A stretch of 64,000 nt of DNA from Candidatus Sulfomarinibacteraceae bacterium (GCA_963796455.1 CAWCLO010000007.1:1-64000); one strand, 5' to 3'; counted from the first letter of the stretch, positions 40,883 to 51,046 are shown. Notes: generated by a model from the letters alone, not told the origin. A program made the numbers and translations.

Positions 40883-41965
40883 ATGAGTGACGGCAACCAT
40901 GACAGCTCCAAAAGCACGAGAGTACGCGTTGACAAAGCCCTGAAGCGTTGTCAGGAATGGAGCCGGCACGGTCAGCACCGACAGATCATCAATGAGGTCG
41001 AAAAGCTCCTGACCCTGGTGGAAGACCACGATCATTTACGGGCAGCTCTTCTGACCTGGATGGCGCAAGCCCACCTCGCGATGGGGAATGCTGAAGCTGC
41101 GTTGCCGTCAGCATCGCAGTCATGGGAACTCGAGCCTTCACCCCACGCCTGCCACCTCACCTCGAACGCCCTCGAAGCACTCGGTGATGTTGACGAATCG
41201 GAAAAACATCTCCGCTTGGGATGGCGGCTTTTCCCGCAAGCGATCCACCTCCCCATCCAGCTGGCGGTCGTGCTTTCTGATCAGGCCCGAATGCCCGAGG
41301 CCCTCGACATCCTCGATGAAATCGATATCGACGAAAAGGTACCGGATGACTTCCAGATCTTTTTGGCTGGAATGCGCGCCAATCTCCTCAGTGCGATGGG
41401 GCGTTGGGCAGAGGCCGAAGAAGTCCTTCGCGACGGTCTCGCCTTTTTTCCGAATTCGCGGCTTCTCAAAGATGCCCACGAGGGGCTCCGGCGGACGAGA
41501 AAACGTCTCCGTGCCGAGGATTCTCTCGCCACGTCCTGGCGTGATGGTCTCTCCGCACTCGACGGGGTTTCCGGCGAGGTCGACGATGCGATCGTTCGCT
41601 GCTGTGCGGTCAACGAATATTCGGATCTTGTCGGTCTCGCCGCGCGACGGCTGTGGCGAAGCTTTCTCGACAGCCGCGGCGTACGGCCCCAATCTCCCGA
41701 CCCGTGGGGAGTGGCCCTTGTCCTGGCCACCCTCGAGATCGACGGCGCCGGACCATCCATCGCCGCCACCGCCCGTTCATTTGGAGCCAGTCCATCGAGC
41801 GTGCGATCGATTCTGAGCCGAATCCGTTCATTTCTCGAGTCTCTCGACCCGGAGTTCAGGGCTCGAGCATTTGCCGCTCACAGCAATCCACGGCTCGATG
41901 GCAAGGCGATACCATCCCACGGCATCGTCCGTTCGGCCAATGTCGTGCCGTTCCCCAGTACATGA
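40883..41965 (+). CDS. Tetratricopeptide-repeat protein with C-terminal HTH-like region
   Basis: TPR-like helices (AQAHLAMGNAEAAL, LSAMGRWAEAEEVL) and C-terminal WGVALV...SIAATARSFGASPSSV. Confidence 0.7.
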   Translation: MSDGNHDSSKSTRVRVDKALKRCQEWSRHGQHRQIINEVEKLLTLVEDHDHLRAALLTWMAQAHLAMGNAEAALPSASQSWELEPSPHACHLTSNALEALGDVDESEKHLRLGWRLFPQAIHLPIQLAVVLSDQARMPEALDILDEIDIDEKVPDDFQIFLAGMRANLLSAMGRWAEAEEVLRDGLAFFPNSRLLKDAHEGLRRTRKRLRAEDSLATSWRDGLSALDGVSGEVDDAIVRCCAVNEYSDLVGLAARRLWRSFLDSRGVRPQSPDPWGVALVLATLEIDGAGPSIAATARSFGASPSSVRSILSRIRSFLESLDPEFRARAFAAHSNPRLDGKAIPSHGIVRSANVVPFPST

Positions 41966-41978
41966 TTGGAGATTACCG

Positions 41979-42935
41979 ATGATCTCGAAATCCCGTGTGA
42001 CGCGATATGCGACGATCGCTGTGCTGTGCGTCTCGATGACCGTCTGGGCCGCCCAACGAGACCTCAACAAGACCGAGGTCTTTCCCTCCGAAGCCGGCAA
42101 GGTCCTCATGACGGACGTCGCAAATCTCGATCTTCGCGTCCAAAATTCTGACGTCGACCGGATCGAGGCCGATGTCGAGCTCCACATCGGCGGAACCGGA
42201 GAGGAAAAGGCGAAACGGTGGATCGAAAACCACACCCCTGAGTTCAGCGACAGTGAAGACAGCCTCAAGGTCACGGTGGAGCCGGCAAAGTCCGGTTTCC
42301 TCGGCTTTGGCCGCCTTTCGGCCAAGGCGCGGTTGGCGTTCAGGGTCCCGGGAGAGATCAATCCCGATCTCACGACGTCGACTGGAAACATCCAGGTACG
42401 GGGAGATTTCCCAAATGCTCAGCCCCTGAGGCTCCGTTCCCTTGCGGGCGACATCACACTGATCGGCGCCACCAGGTCTCTGCACATCAATGGTGGTGAA
42501 GGGGAAATTCAGATCGAGGTTTTTCGGCCGCTGGATGAATTTTTCGCACGCTCGTCATCCGGTTCCATCAACCTCACCGGAGGAGCCCGAGAAGCTCGGG
42601 CCGGCACCGGTTCGGGTGCGATTCGGCTCGAAAACATCAGCGGCAACGTCGAGGCCAGCACATCCAACGGAAGAGTCACGGTCATCTGGGATCGCATCGG
42701 CGAGGACGCGCAGGTCCGAATCCGATCGGCATCGGGCCGGGTCATCCTTCAGCTCCCCGGAAACACCCGCCCCCAGGGGCGGCTGAGTACCACGACCGGC
42801 AACGTTCGTAGTGAATTTCCAGGAACCGTGACCGCCGACGGCGGGACCCTGCAGTTGAGCGGTGACGGCCCGACCTTTGACGTCGAGACCGCATCCGGCG
42901 AAATCCAACTCACCATTCGCGAGGTTTGGAACTGA
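41979..42935 (+). CDS. DUF4097 beta-strand repeat (putative adhesin) protein
   Basis: Signal peptide and repeats of the TSTGNIQV, SSSGSINL, TSNGRVTV, TASGEIQL type. Confidence 0.8.
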   Translation: MISKSRVTRYATIAVLCVSMTVWAAQRDLNKTEVFPSEAGKVLMTDVANLDLRVQNSDVDRIEADVELHIGGTGEEKAKRWIENHTPEFSDSEDSLKVTVEPAKSGFLGFGRLSAKARLAFRVPGEINPDLTTSTGNIQVRGDFPNAQPLRLRSLAGDITLIGATRSLHINGGEGEIQIEVFRPLDEFFARSSSGSINLTGGAREARAGTGSGAIRLENISGNVEASTSNGRVTVIWDRIGEDAQVRIRSASGRVILQLPGNTRPQGRLSTTTGNVRSEFPGTVTADGGTLQLSGDGPTFDVETASGEIQLTIREVWN

Positions 42936-43026
42936 CCCGGATTTTTGGTGCCGCGGCATCACACTGATCCGACGATCGGAACTTTTTCGACTGATTCTCG
43001 TTGTACCTTCAGTAAGGAGCAGGAGA

Positions 43027-43725
43027 ATGCGAAAGACTGTCCTCGCCACCGTCATCATCCTGGTGATCGCCTTTGGAGCCGACGCCGGATCACGAACCAT
43101 GACCCATACACGAGCGGCCGATGGAATCGACGCGGTGGTCCTCGACAGCGGCATCGGTGATGTCAAGATCACCGCCCGCCAGGGCCTCGATGAGGTGACG
43201 ATAGAAGTCGTTCTGACGCCCAGGCGGGGCGGCATCTTCTCATCCAAACGCAAAGCCGAACTCGATGTGGAATCCGCTTCGCTCAAAGTGGATTCTGAGG
43301 GCTCGCGCCTCGTGCTCGGAATCAACCCTCCCGCCGACGATGAACGCCGTTTCGAAGAACGGTGGACGGTTCTGGTACCGGCCCGTCTCGAGGTCGCCCT
43401 CGATCACGGAGTGGGCGACATCCATATCCAGGGCGTGTTATCCGGGATCGAGGTCGATTCAGGGGTCGGTGATGTCCACGTCGAAACCACCGGAGGCGAC
43501 GTCACTATCGATCTCGGGGTTGGTACCGCGGTGGTGAATGCCCCGGCGTCCTCCTACAAAACGGCCGAAGGCGCGGGCGGAATCGGCGACGTGCAATTGA
43601 CCGTTCTCGGCGAGACAATCGAGAGCGGCGGATTCGTCAGTCACGCGGCGTCCTGGAAGGGCGACGGCAAGTACCGCATCGAGGTCGCCATCGGCGTCGG
43701 CGATGCGGTGATCACGCTCGAGTAG
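43027..43725 (+). CDS. DUF4097-like secreted protein
   Basis: AGGAG RBS, signal peptide, repeats DSGIGDV, DHGVGDI, DSGVGDV, IGVGDA. Confidence 0.75.
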   Translation: MRKTVLATVIILVIAFGADAGSRTMTHTRAADGIDAVVLDSGIGDVKITARQGLDEVTIEVVLTPRRGGIFSSKRKAELDVESASLKVDSEGSRLVLGINPPADDERRFEERWTVLVPARLEVALDHGVGDIHIQGVLSGIEVDSGVGDVHVETTGGDVTIDLGVGTAVVNAPASSYKTAEGAGGIGDVQLTVLGETIESGGFVSHAASWKGDGKYRIEVAIGVGDAVITLE

Positions 43726-43751
43726 CTTCCCCCGCCTGTCCCGTTCCCGAA

Positions 43752-43808
43752 AGGGAGAAGAGGGAGAAAGGGAGAAAGGGGGAAAGGGGGAAAGGGAGAA
43801 AGGGAGAA
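43752..43808. repeat. Purine-rich (AGGGRGAA)~7 array
   Basis: Direct reading. Confidence 0.85.
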
Positions 43809-43960
43809 CCGTACTTGATGCATGGTTCGTGATAAGGAACGGGTCTCCTCTGCTCCTCTGCTCCTCTGCTCCTCTGCTCCTCTGCTCCTCTGCTCCTCTG
43901 CTCCTCTGCTCCTCTGCTCCTCTGCTCCTCTGCTCCTCTGCTCCTCTGCTCCTCTGCTCC
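43805..43960 (+). repeat. 40-nt conserved head + (CTCCTCTG)14 array
   Basis: Head 43805-43844; 14 exact octamers 43845-43956. Confidence 0.92.
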
Positions 43961-44004
43961 TGATACACTCCCATCGTCCAAAAAGTCCACATGGGGGGGT
44001 ACCG

Positions 44005-46083
44005 ATGGAAGATACGGGCAAATCCAGCAAAATCCTGCCGGCGAACGCTTTTCGTGAGTTGGAACCGGGTGAGAGCTACACCCCGGTTGTTCCTGCCGAC
44101 GACCCTCGCGCGGAGGTTTCTGCGCGGTCGCTGATCATCGGCGTCGTCATGGTGGTGATCTTCACCTTTGCGGCTGCCTATATCGGGTTGAAGACCGGCA
44201 ATGTGATCGAAACCTCGATCCCGATCGCCATCCTGGCAGTCTTTTTGGGGACACTTTTCGCCGAACGCAACACCCTGCTGGAAAACGTCATCATCCAGTC
44301 CATCGGCCAGGCTGCGGGCGTCGTCGTCGCGGGCGCGATCTTCACCATCCCGGCGCTTTATATTCTCGATCTCAATCCATCCTTTCTGCAAATCTTTTTA
44401 TCCTGTCTGGTGGGCGGATACCTCGGTGTCGTGCTTCTGATCCCACTGCGAAGGTATTTCGTCAAGGATCTGCACGGACAACTCCCCTTCCCCGAAGGCA
44501 CAGCCATCGCCAACGTGCTCGCGACGGGAGAAAAATCAAAGGGTTCCGCCGGCAAGGTCCTGTTGATGGCCTTCGGCCTCGGCTTCTTCTATGACCTGAT
44601 CGTCGAGTTCCTCCACCTGTGGAATCACCATCTCAACTCCAAGATCCTGTTCGGCGAGTTCGGCCAACGCATGGCCGACATGCGTTTCGAGATCAAGCTC
44701 AACGCGACCGCCGTGTACTTCGGGCTCGGCTACATCATCGGCGTGCGCTACGCCGGGGTCATTGCCGCCGGATCGGTTCTCTCAGTGATGGTGCTGGTGC
44801 CCTTGATCTTTTTTGCGGGCCACGGCCTGACGGTGCCGCTCTCACCGCCAGAAGTCGAGGCGCTGGTCTCCGAGATGGACGCCGCCCAGATCTTTGCGAA
44901 TTACGTCCGACCAATGGGCATCGGCTGCATCGCGGTTGCCGGGATCATCGGCATCCTCAAGATGTGGAAGATCATCGTCTCGTCGCTCTCGTTGGCCTTC
45001 AAGGGCCTGGTCGGCGGCGGCGACAACACCGAGGTCGAGCGGACCGATCGCGACATGGCGCCGCGCAATACCTTCCTGATCCAACTCAGCGCAGTCGTCG
45101 GTATGTTCGTGCTTTTCTGGTTCATCAGCGGCAAGATTTCAACAGCCGCCGTCGGCACCGTCATCACCTTCATTCTCACTTTCCTCTTCACGCCGGTGGC
45201 GGCCCGGGCAATTGCCATCGTCGGCGTCAACCCGGTTTCCGGCATGACCATGTTGACCCTCATCATTGCCTGCCTCGCGTTGGTGGCAACCGGGCTCAGC
45301 GGCGACGCTCTCGGCATGTCGGTGGCCCTGGTCGTCGGGTGTGCGGTCTGCACGGCGCTTTCGACCTCGGGAGCCTTCATCACCGACCTTAAAGTCGGCT
45401 ATTGGCTCGGTGCAAGCCCCTTCCAACAGGAACGTTGGAAATTCCTCGGTATCTTCGTCGCCTCGCTTTGTGTCGGTGCGGTGATCTGGGTGCTCGCGAC
45501 GTCCTATGGTTTCATGATTGAAGATGCGAGCGGGCAGATGATCGTCAACCCCGATCTCCCGGCTCCCCAGGGCAATCTGATGGCGACGATCGTCTCATCG
45601 GTCATGGGCGGCGAACAACAGGCGGTGATTCTCTTCCTGCTCGGTGGAATCGTGGCTGTGATGCTCGAGATGGCCAGGGTTCCGGCACTCGCCTTCGGTC
45701 TCGGCATGTACCTCCCGATCGAGATCAATATGGCGGTGTTCTTTGGTGCCGCCGTCGGCCACTTCATCGGCAAGAGCGGCAAGACCGAAGAGGAACGGGA
45801 AGCGCGGAAGGAGCAGGGAACTCTCATCGCCTCCGGTCTGATGGCCGGTGCCGCGATCATCGGCACCATCGGAGCCATCCTCCTGTTACCGCAGGTCGGC
45901 GAACCAATGCTGATGATCGATATCCACCACGTCTCCGAGCAGGGCGCCGGCGCGTTCGCCGTGTGGTACGAGGGCTTCTGGGGCCAGATGGTCAGCGTTC
46001 TCGGTCTCGCGGCCCTGGTAGCGGGTTGTTTCATCCTGGCCAAGAAGGGCGCCAGGTGGCAGAAGGAGGAAGAGAGCGAGTAG
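44005..46083 (+). CDS. OPT-family oligopeptide transporter
   Basis: YIGLKTG...SIPIAIL, LENVIIQSIG, LPFPEGTA, NPVSGMT, DLKVGYWLGASP, PAPQGNLM, FGLGMYLP. Confidence 0.92.
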   Translation: MEDTGKSSKILPANAFRELEPGESYTPVVPADDPRAEVSARSLIIGVVMVVIFTFAAAYIGLKTGNVIETSIPIAILAVFLGTLFAERNTLLENVIIQSIGQAAGVVVAGAIFTIPALYILDLNPSFLQIFLSCLVGGYLGVVLLIPLRRYFVKDLHGQLPFPEGTAIANVLATGEKSKGSAGKVLLMAFGLGFFYDLIVEFLHLWNHHLNSKILFGEFGQRMADMRFEIKLNATAVYFGLGYIIGVRYAGVIAAGSVLSVMVLVPLIFFAGHGLTVPLSPPEVEALVSEMDAAQIFANYVRPMGIGCIAVAGIIGILKMWKIIVSSLSLAFKGLVGGGDNTEVERTDRDMAPRNTFLIQLSAVVGMFVLFWFISGKISTAAVGTVITFILTFLFTPVAARAIAIVGVNPVSGMTMLTLIIACLALVATGLSGDALGMSVALVVGCAVCTALSTSGAFITDLKVGYWLGASPFQQERWKFLGIFVASLCVGAVIWVLATSYGFMIEDASGQMIVNPDLPAPQGNLMATIVSSVMGGEQQAVILFLLGGIVAVMLEMARVPALAFGLGMYLPIEINMAVFFGAAVGHFIGKSGKTEEEREARKEQGTLIASGLMAGAAIIGTIGAILLLPQVGEPMLMIDIHHVSEQGAGAFAVWYEGFWGQMVSVLGLAALVAGCFILAKKGARWQKEEESE

Positions 46084-46154
46084 CGGCCCGGGCTGCAAGG
46101 AAAAAGGGAGAATCACTCGGCACCGATTTCTCCTGTATGGGAATGTCGCCTCCC

Positions 46155-46277
46155 GATGTCATCCTGAGCGCAGCCCCGCAGGGGCGTAGTCGAAGGATCT
46201 ATGGGATGGCCTGCTAAGACCTCGCGACCGCAGATCCTTCGACTTCGCGCCAAAGGCGCTTCGCTCAGGATGACATC
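46155..46277. repeat. Branched palindromic element (GTCATCCTGAGCG...CGCTCAGGATGAC type)
   Basis: 16-bp perfect terminal inverted repeat plus inner GTCGAAGGATCT/AGATCCTTCGAC. Confidence 0.85.
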
Positions 46278-46503
46278 TTGAAAAGGCCCACCTCTACAGT
46301 TCCGGATGGCGCTAAAGGAAGAACGCCCAACACAATACTCGATACTGGATGCTGGATTCCGAACCAGGATGGCAGATGGGACCGGGGGTGGAGGGGCAGA
46401 GCACTGCTCGACATCCTCGCTATCGCTATCGCTATCGCTATCGGGATCGCTATCGAACGGCTGCGGTAGATACGGATCCGGAACTGGCGACAGGGGGACG
46501 AGC

Positions 46504-46702
46504 AGAACCGTACCCGAAACGTCGTTCGTGATAAGGGCAGAGTCTCCTCTGCTCCTCTGCTCCTCTGCTCCTCTGCTCCTCTGCTCCTCTGCTCCTCTGC
46601 TCCTCTGCTCCTCTGCTCCTCTGCTCCTCTGCTCCTCTGCTCCTCTGCTCCTCTCTCTGCTCCTCTGCTCCTCTGCTCCTCTGCTCCTCTGCTCCTCTGC
46701 TC
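46504..46702 (+). repeat. 40-nt conserved head + (CTCCTCTG)~19 array
   Basis: Head 46504-46543; 13 units, one 12-nt variant, 5 units. Abuts the stop of the convergent gene. Confidence 0.92.
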
Positions 46703-47207
46703 AGTCGGAAAGCGCCTCGCGCAATTCCATCAACAGTTCATCCGCCGTATCAAATACCCGGGGCATCGCGGTCGCCGTACCGGGTGGTGCCTCGAGGGAC
46801 CAGCTTTTCCAGCACCACACCTCTCTGCCGGTCTTGAGCGCCAGACCGATTTCTGAGAGCGTTCCAGGTCCTCCACCGAGGGCAACGCACAAGGTGGCCG
46901 AAAGCACGTTGATGGCATTCCGGGCATTCGCCATGCCGGTGTAGATCGGGAGGATGATCCAAGGGTTCGGATAGCCGGCCGCCGGATCCGAGTTCGGCAG
47001 GACTCCGATGGTGAGCCCTCCGGCCTCCACCGCGCCCCGTGCCGCCGCAGCCATGACTCCGCTGCCTCCACCGGTCAAGACCACCCACCCGGCCCGGGCC
47101 GCAATCGCTCCCACACCTTCCGCCAAAGCCATTTCTTCCTTGGATGCGGCGGCTGGACCGAGAACCGCGAGAATCGGGCTCGAAGTCACAGCGGATCGGA
47201 CGTTCAT
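46701..47207 (-). CDS. LOG/TIGR00725-family Rossmann-fold protein
   Basis: VLTGGGSGVMAAAARGA...GLTIGVLP, TGMANARNAINV, GGGPGTLSEI. Confidence 0.85.
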   Translation of the reverse strand: MNVRSAVTSSPILAVLGPAAASKEEMALAEGVGAIAARAGWVVLTGGGSGVMAAAARGAVEAGGLTIGVLPNSDPAAGYPNPWIILPIYTGMANARNAINVLSATLCVALGGGPGTLSEIGLALKTGREVWCWKSWSLEAPPGTATAMPRVFDTADELLMELREALSD

Positions 47208-47327
47208 GTCGCCTCCTGCCGAAAAGGTGACTTGGAGTTTCCCGGAAGAAGCTCGAGAAGTAAAGGGTGCAGAGTGAAGGGTAGCTTCGGAATACCTGTG
47301 TGGCGTTCGTCGTCACTCTATTCACAC

Positions 47328-47357
47328 AAAAAAACGCCCGGGCCGAGGCCCGGGCGT
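47328..47357 (-). terminator. Rho-independent terminator of the OmpA-like gene
   Basis: Minus strand ACGCCCGGGCCTCGGCCCGGGCGT followed by a T-run. Confidence 0.85.
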
Positions 47358-47378
47358 CGATTATTGTTGATTCAACAA

Positions 47379-48023
47379 TTACTGCATTGCAACCAGGGTC
47401 ACGCGACGGTTCTGTCCGCGGCCCTCTTTGGTCGAGTTGTCGGCGATGGGCTTGTACTCACCATAGGAGATGACGTTCATGCGGAACAGCGGAATGCCCT
47501 GCTCCATATTCAGATAACGCATCGCCTGCTCAGCACGCTGGTGGCCGAGCTTGAGGTTGTAGCTTTCGCTACCGATGTTGTCGGTGTGGCCCTGAACCTC
47601 GATGAACGCATGGCCCTCGACAGCCTTGACAACTTCAGCAAAGGCATCGAGCGAAGCCTTGGCCTCGTCCGACAGATTGTATTTGTCAAAACCGAAATTG
47701 ACATCGTTGTCAGTGATGGTGACCTCGAGCAGGAAGCTGCCCATGGCAAGCACACCGGCCTCGTTGGCGCGATTGAGGGCGTCCTTGGCAGTCGCCGAAA
47801 TCTTGGCCATGTCACTCTCGAGCTTGGCCTGTCCGGCCTCGAGATCAGAAATCTGCTTCTGGTTGACCTCGATATTGTCATCGAGCTCACTCATCCTTGT
47901 CGACGTCACCTGGCCGAATTCCGAGATCTGCTCGTCGACCCATTTTTTGGTCGCACAACCGGACAATCCGACTGTCACCACCAAAAGCATCACCAAAACC
48001 GGCGAAAACGTTCTCCTCATCAT
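47379..48023 (-). CDS. OmpA/Pal-family lipoprotein with coiled coil
   Basis: Lipobox LSGC-ATKK, VNFGFDK, IEVQGHTDNIG...YNLKLGHQRA, NRRV. Confidence 0.9.
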   Translation of the reverse strand: MMRRTFSPVLVMLLVVTVGLSGCATKKWVDEQISEFGQVTSTRMSELDDNIEVNQKQISDLEAGQAKLESDMAKISATAKDALNRANEAGVLAMGSFLLEVTITDNDVNFGFDKYNLSDEAKASLDAFAEVVKAVEGHAFIEVQGHTDNIGSESYNLKLGHQRAEQAMRYLNMEQGIPLFRMNVISYGEYKPIADNSTKEGRGQNRRVTLVAMQ

Positions 48024-48115
48024 CCACCTCCTAGATATTTGACGTTTCATATTTATTCTCTCAAGAACACCGCGACACTATAACACACACACATAGCCGT
48101 TGAGATCAATAAAGT

Positions 48116-49111
48116 CTACCAGACAAGGCATTCCGGGGCCGTCGGGTCGACCTCTGCCGCACACTCGACGATTCCATCGCCGAGGCGAATCAGAACCGGT
48201 GTGGCGAAGAACCAATCGATGCCCGCCGGCAGTTCGGCCAAACGGCATTCAGCGCACGGAAAGGGCTGGATGTTTTCAGTCGGCCAACCGCTTCGTTCGG
48301 GAACGGCTATCGCGGTGGTCGGCCACTCCAGGGACTCGCTGAAGTACAGCGCGAGCAGTTCGTGGCAGTGCTCGCAATCCTTGCGGTACAGAATCACATA
48401 TTGTTGACCTGCAGTGAGATCGCTTGGCAATCCACGGCTCCATGCCGCAACTTCGAGGTCCGCGAAAGGGCGCCCGATCCAACTCTCGTAGTCGGGCAGA
48501 TAATAGCCATCCGACGGCAACGACCCGGCACCGGAGACGATCGATTCGGATCCTTCAGATTGTTCTGGAGAAGGTGATGCAGGGGACGGAAGACCGAAGG
48601 CGAGAGCGACGCTCAGCAGGCTCCATATTCCGGCCACAACCACCCTGCTGGTCGGAATCGTTGCACCCAGCGCAAGCCGCGGCTCCCGCCGTCCGCAAAT
48701 CAACAGCAGGACGAAAAATGTGACGTCCATCACAAGCGTGATCCACGGATTGACCTGGATCGCACCAAAACAGCCGCAACTGGAGGCCCCCAAAACCAGA
48801 TCGCCCACCAGAATCGGTATGAAGGAACCCAACACGATGATTCCGGTCCAACGGGCGAGCGGAGGCAAGAGAACCATCACCCCGACCACGACCAGCTCGG
48901 CGGCGATGCTGAAGCGCAGCACGAAATTCAGATCCATCCCGAGAGCGCCACACCACTGGATCAGAGCCGCCGGCAAGTGAGTCGGACTCAGATCGGCGAG
49001 TTTGAGCACCGCACCCAAAAAAAGCCACAGGGGAACCACCACCCGTGCCACGACGACGGCGACGGTGCCCGATGGGTTGGTCGAACCTGTATTGATATCA
49101 CGATCTGTCAT
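48116..49111 (-). CDS. MauE/DoxX-like membrane protein with thioredoxin-like C-terminus
   Basis: TM helices with SSCGCFGA; later YRKDCEHCHE and FATP. Confidence 0.65.
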   Translation of the reverse strand: MTDRDINTGSTNPSGTVAVVVARVVVPLWLFLGAVLKLADLSPTHLPAALIQWCGALGMDLNFVLRFSIAAELVVVGVMVLLPPLARWTGIIVLGSFIPILVGDLVLGASSCGCFGAIQVNPWITLVMDVTFFVLLLICGRREPRLALGATIPTSRVVVAGIWSLLSVALAFGLPSPASPSPEQSEGSESIVSGAGSLPSDGYYLPDYESWIGRPFADLEVAAWSRGLPSDLTAGQQYVILYRKDCEHCHELLALYFSESLEWPTTAIAVPERSGWPTENIQPFPCAECRLAELPAGIDWFFATPVLIRLGDGIVECAAEVDPTAPECLVW

Positions 49112-49267
49112 TCGAACTCCGTCTGATGAAATCGAGCTTCGGGCTGAAGTCTGCACCGTAGGATTCAAGAATCCCCGGACTCTTGTCCCTGATCCCTTCT
49201 CTCCGGGATCGCCTCGCTTATTTGTATCGCTGAAACGTCGGTTTCTGCCCCGAGCACCCTGCAGATT

Positions 49268-50911
49268 TTACAAATCGCTGACGTCTCCGCCGAGCCCACT
49301 CCAAACCGACGCCTCGACCTCGGCCGCTCGGGCTCGCGTCGCCGCGACGGCGCGATCCGCTCGAGCAAGGAGATCGATCGCATCGGCATCCGTTGGGATG
49401 TCCAGAAGATTGATCCGGACATTCATGGCGGCCCCGAGAACAGCGGCACTCGCCATACCGGCTCCGACCCCGGCGTCCGAGGCCGAGGCCTGCATCCCCA
49501 GATCGCGGGCACGGGCACAGAGCTCCACCACCTCGAGGCAGGCTTCAGCCACCCCGAGTGGCACCCGAGCCGCACCAAGAGTCGCTTCACGGACCGCAGC
49601 TTCGCGCCCGTCACCGGAGACCTTGTTCGCATCCATCAGCGCCTGGAACGACCAGGTGTCCGCATCGATCGCATCGAGAAACTTCTGTTTGAGTCCTTGC
49701 GCGCGAACCGCGACCTCTTCGAGTTCGTCCCGCACCTCGACAAAGTCAGCTTTCGGGTGCGGTAGATTGGCGACCATTGCGGCCAGAGCCGCAGCCAAAG
49801 CACCGGCCAACGCAGCGACCGAACCACCACCGGGAGCGGCGGAATCCCTTGAAGTCTCATCGGCGAATTCCTGCAAGGTCATCGAGGCCAGAGGCCGTTC
49901 GGGAGCCAGAATGTCCTCGATGATCTTTTCCCCCGGATCGAAGGTCGAGACCTCGGACAAACCCAGGGATCGGGAAGCCGCGTGCACGATGTCGGCCTCA
50001 GGTACTCCGGACGTCCGGTCCATCCGTTTGAGATAATGGAGGCCGGCATCGAGAATCGACTTTTTGGGGATCAAACCGACGAGTTCCGAACCGGTGACCC
50101 GGATGCCCCGTTGGCGGGCGCTCTCATCACAGGCGTCAAAGGCCGCATGAACCGGCGTCACATCAAGATCGATGAGGTTCATCGAAACCTGGGCGCACCC
50201 GTACTCCGGGATATACCATCCGACTCCCCGCACGGCCTTGAGCATTCCCGGTTGTTCGACTTGCTGTCCATCCGACCCGGTCACCATCCGACCCGTCTCG
50301 CGGACGTCGAAGGCGACTCGATTGGCCCACCTCTTGTCGCTGACATTGAGGTTGACGTTGTAGGCAACAAGAAACTTCCGTGCACCCGTGGTCATGACCC
50401 CGAACTCGGGAACAAATGTCGCGGGCCCGAAATCGGGTGCGAAATCAGGATCCTTCAACTTGCTCTGCAGGGCCTCGTATTCACCCTTTCGAATATCGGC
50501 CAATGAACGCCTTTCGGGTCGGGTGGCGGCAAACTCATACAAATAAACCGGTAGTCCGAGCTCTTCTCCGACCCGGGCGGCAAGCCGGTTGGCGAGTTCG
50601 ACACACTCGTCCATTGTGATCTCGGCAACGGGCACGAAGGGACACACGTCGACCGCACCCTGCCGGGGGTGGGCGCCATGGTGGCCACGCATATCGATCA
50701 GCCGGCGTGCCGCAGCGACCAATTGAAATGCGGCCTCCAGGACCGCCTCCGGTTCTCCGACGAAGGTGATCACCGTCCGGTTGGTTTCCGCTCCGGGGTC
50801 CACATCGAGCAACTTGACACCTGGCACCAGAGTGACGGTCTGAGCGACTTCGTTATAGACCTCGGGCTGCCGGCCTTCAGAGATATTCGGTACGCATTCG
50901 ACGATTTTCAT
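49268..50911 (-). CDS. ftcD: Bifunctional glutamate formimidoyltransferase / formimidoyltetrahydrofolate cyclodeaminase
   Basis: VECVPNISEGR, NRTVITF, HHGAHPRQGAVDVCPFVP, QVSMNL, APGGGSVAAL, NVRINL. Confidence 0.92.
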   Translation of the reverse strand: MKIVECVPNISEGRQPEVYNEVAQTVTLVPGVKLLDVDPGAETNRTVITFVGEPEAVLEAAFQLVAAARRLIDMRGHHGAHPRQGAVDVCPFVPVAEITMDECVELANRLAARVGEELGLPVYLYEFAATRPERRSLADIRKGEYEALQSKLKDPDFAPDFGPATFVPEFGVMTTGARKFLVAYNVNLNVSDKRWANRVAFDVRETGRMVTGSDGQQVEQPGMLKAVRGVGWYIPEYGCAQVSMNLIDLDVTPVHAAFDACDESARQRGIRVTGSELVGLIPKKSILDAGLHYLKRMDRTSGVPEADIVHAASRSLGLSEVSTFDPGEKIIEDILAPERPLASMTLQEFADETSRDSAAPGGGSVAALAGALAAALAAMVANLPHPKADFVEVRDELEEVAVRAQGLKQKFLDAIDADTWSFQALMDANKVSGDGREAAVREATLGAARVPLGVAEACLEVVELCARARDLGMQASASDAGVGAGMASAAVLGAAMNVRINLLDIPTDADAIDLLARADRAVAATRARAAEVEASVWSGLGGDVSDL

Positions 50912-51046
50912 CGGAGTCCTCCAAACCAAAATCCTGATACAACACTCGCGCGCTACCCGGTCAGTTTCTTCTCATGCTCTGCGGCCGCCGCATCTGCGCC
51001 CGGCACAAAAAACTGAAATCGATTTGAGGACTGACTCGGTCGCATC

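Noticed and set aside
43822..44004. N-terminal (LLLCSSAP)n extension of the OPT transporter, and related repeat ORFs (43459-44391, 46306-46944)
   Set aside because: These are translations of the octamer arrays. A -10 element and the likely start (44005) lie downstream of the array.
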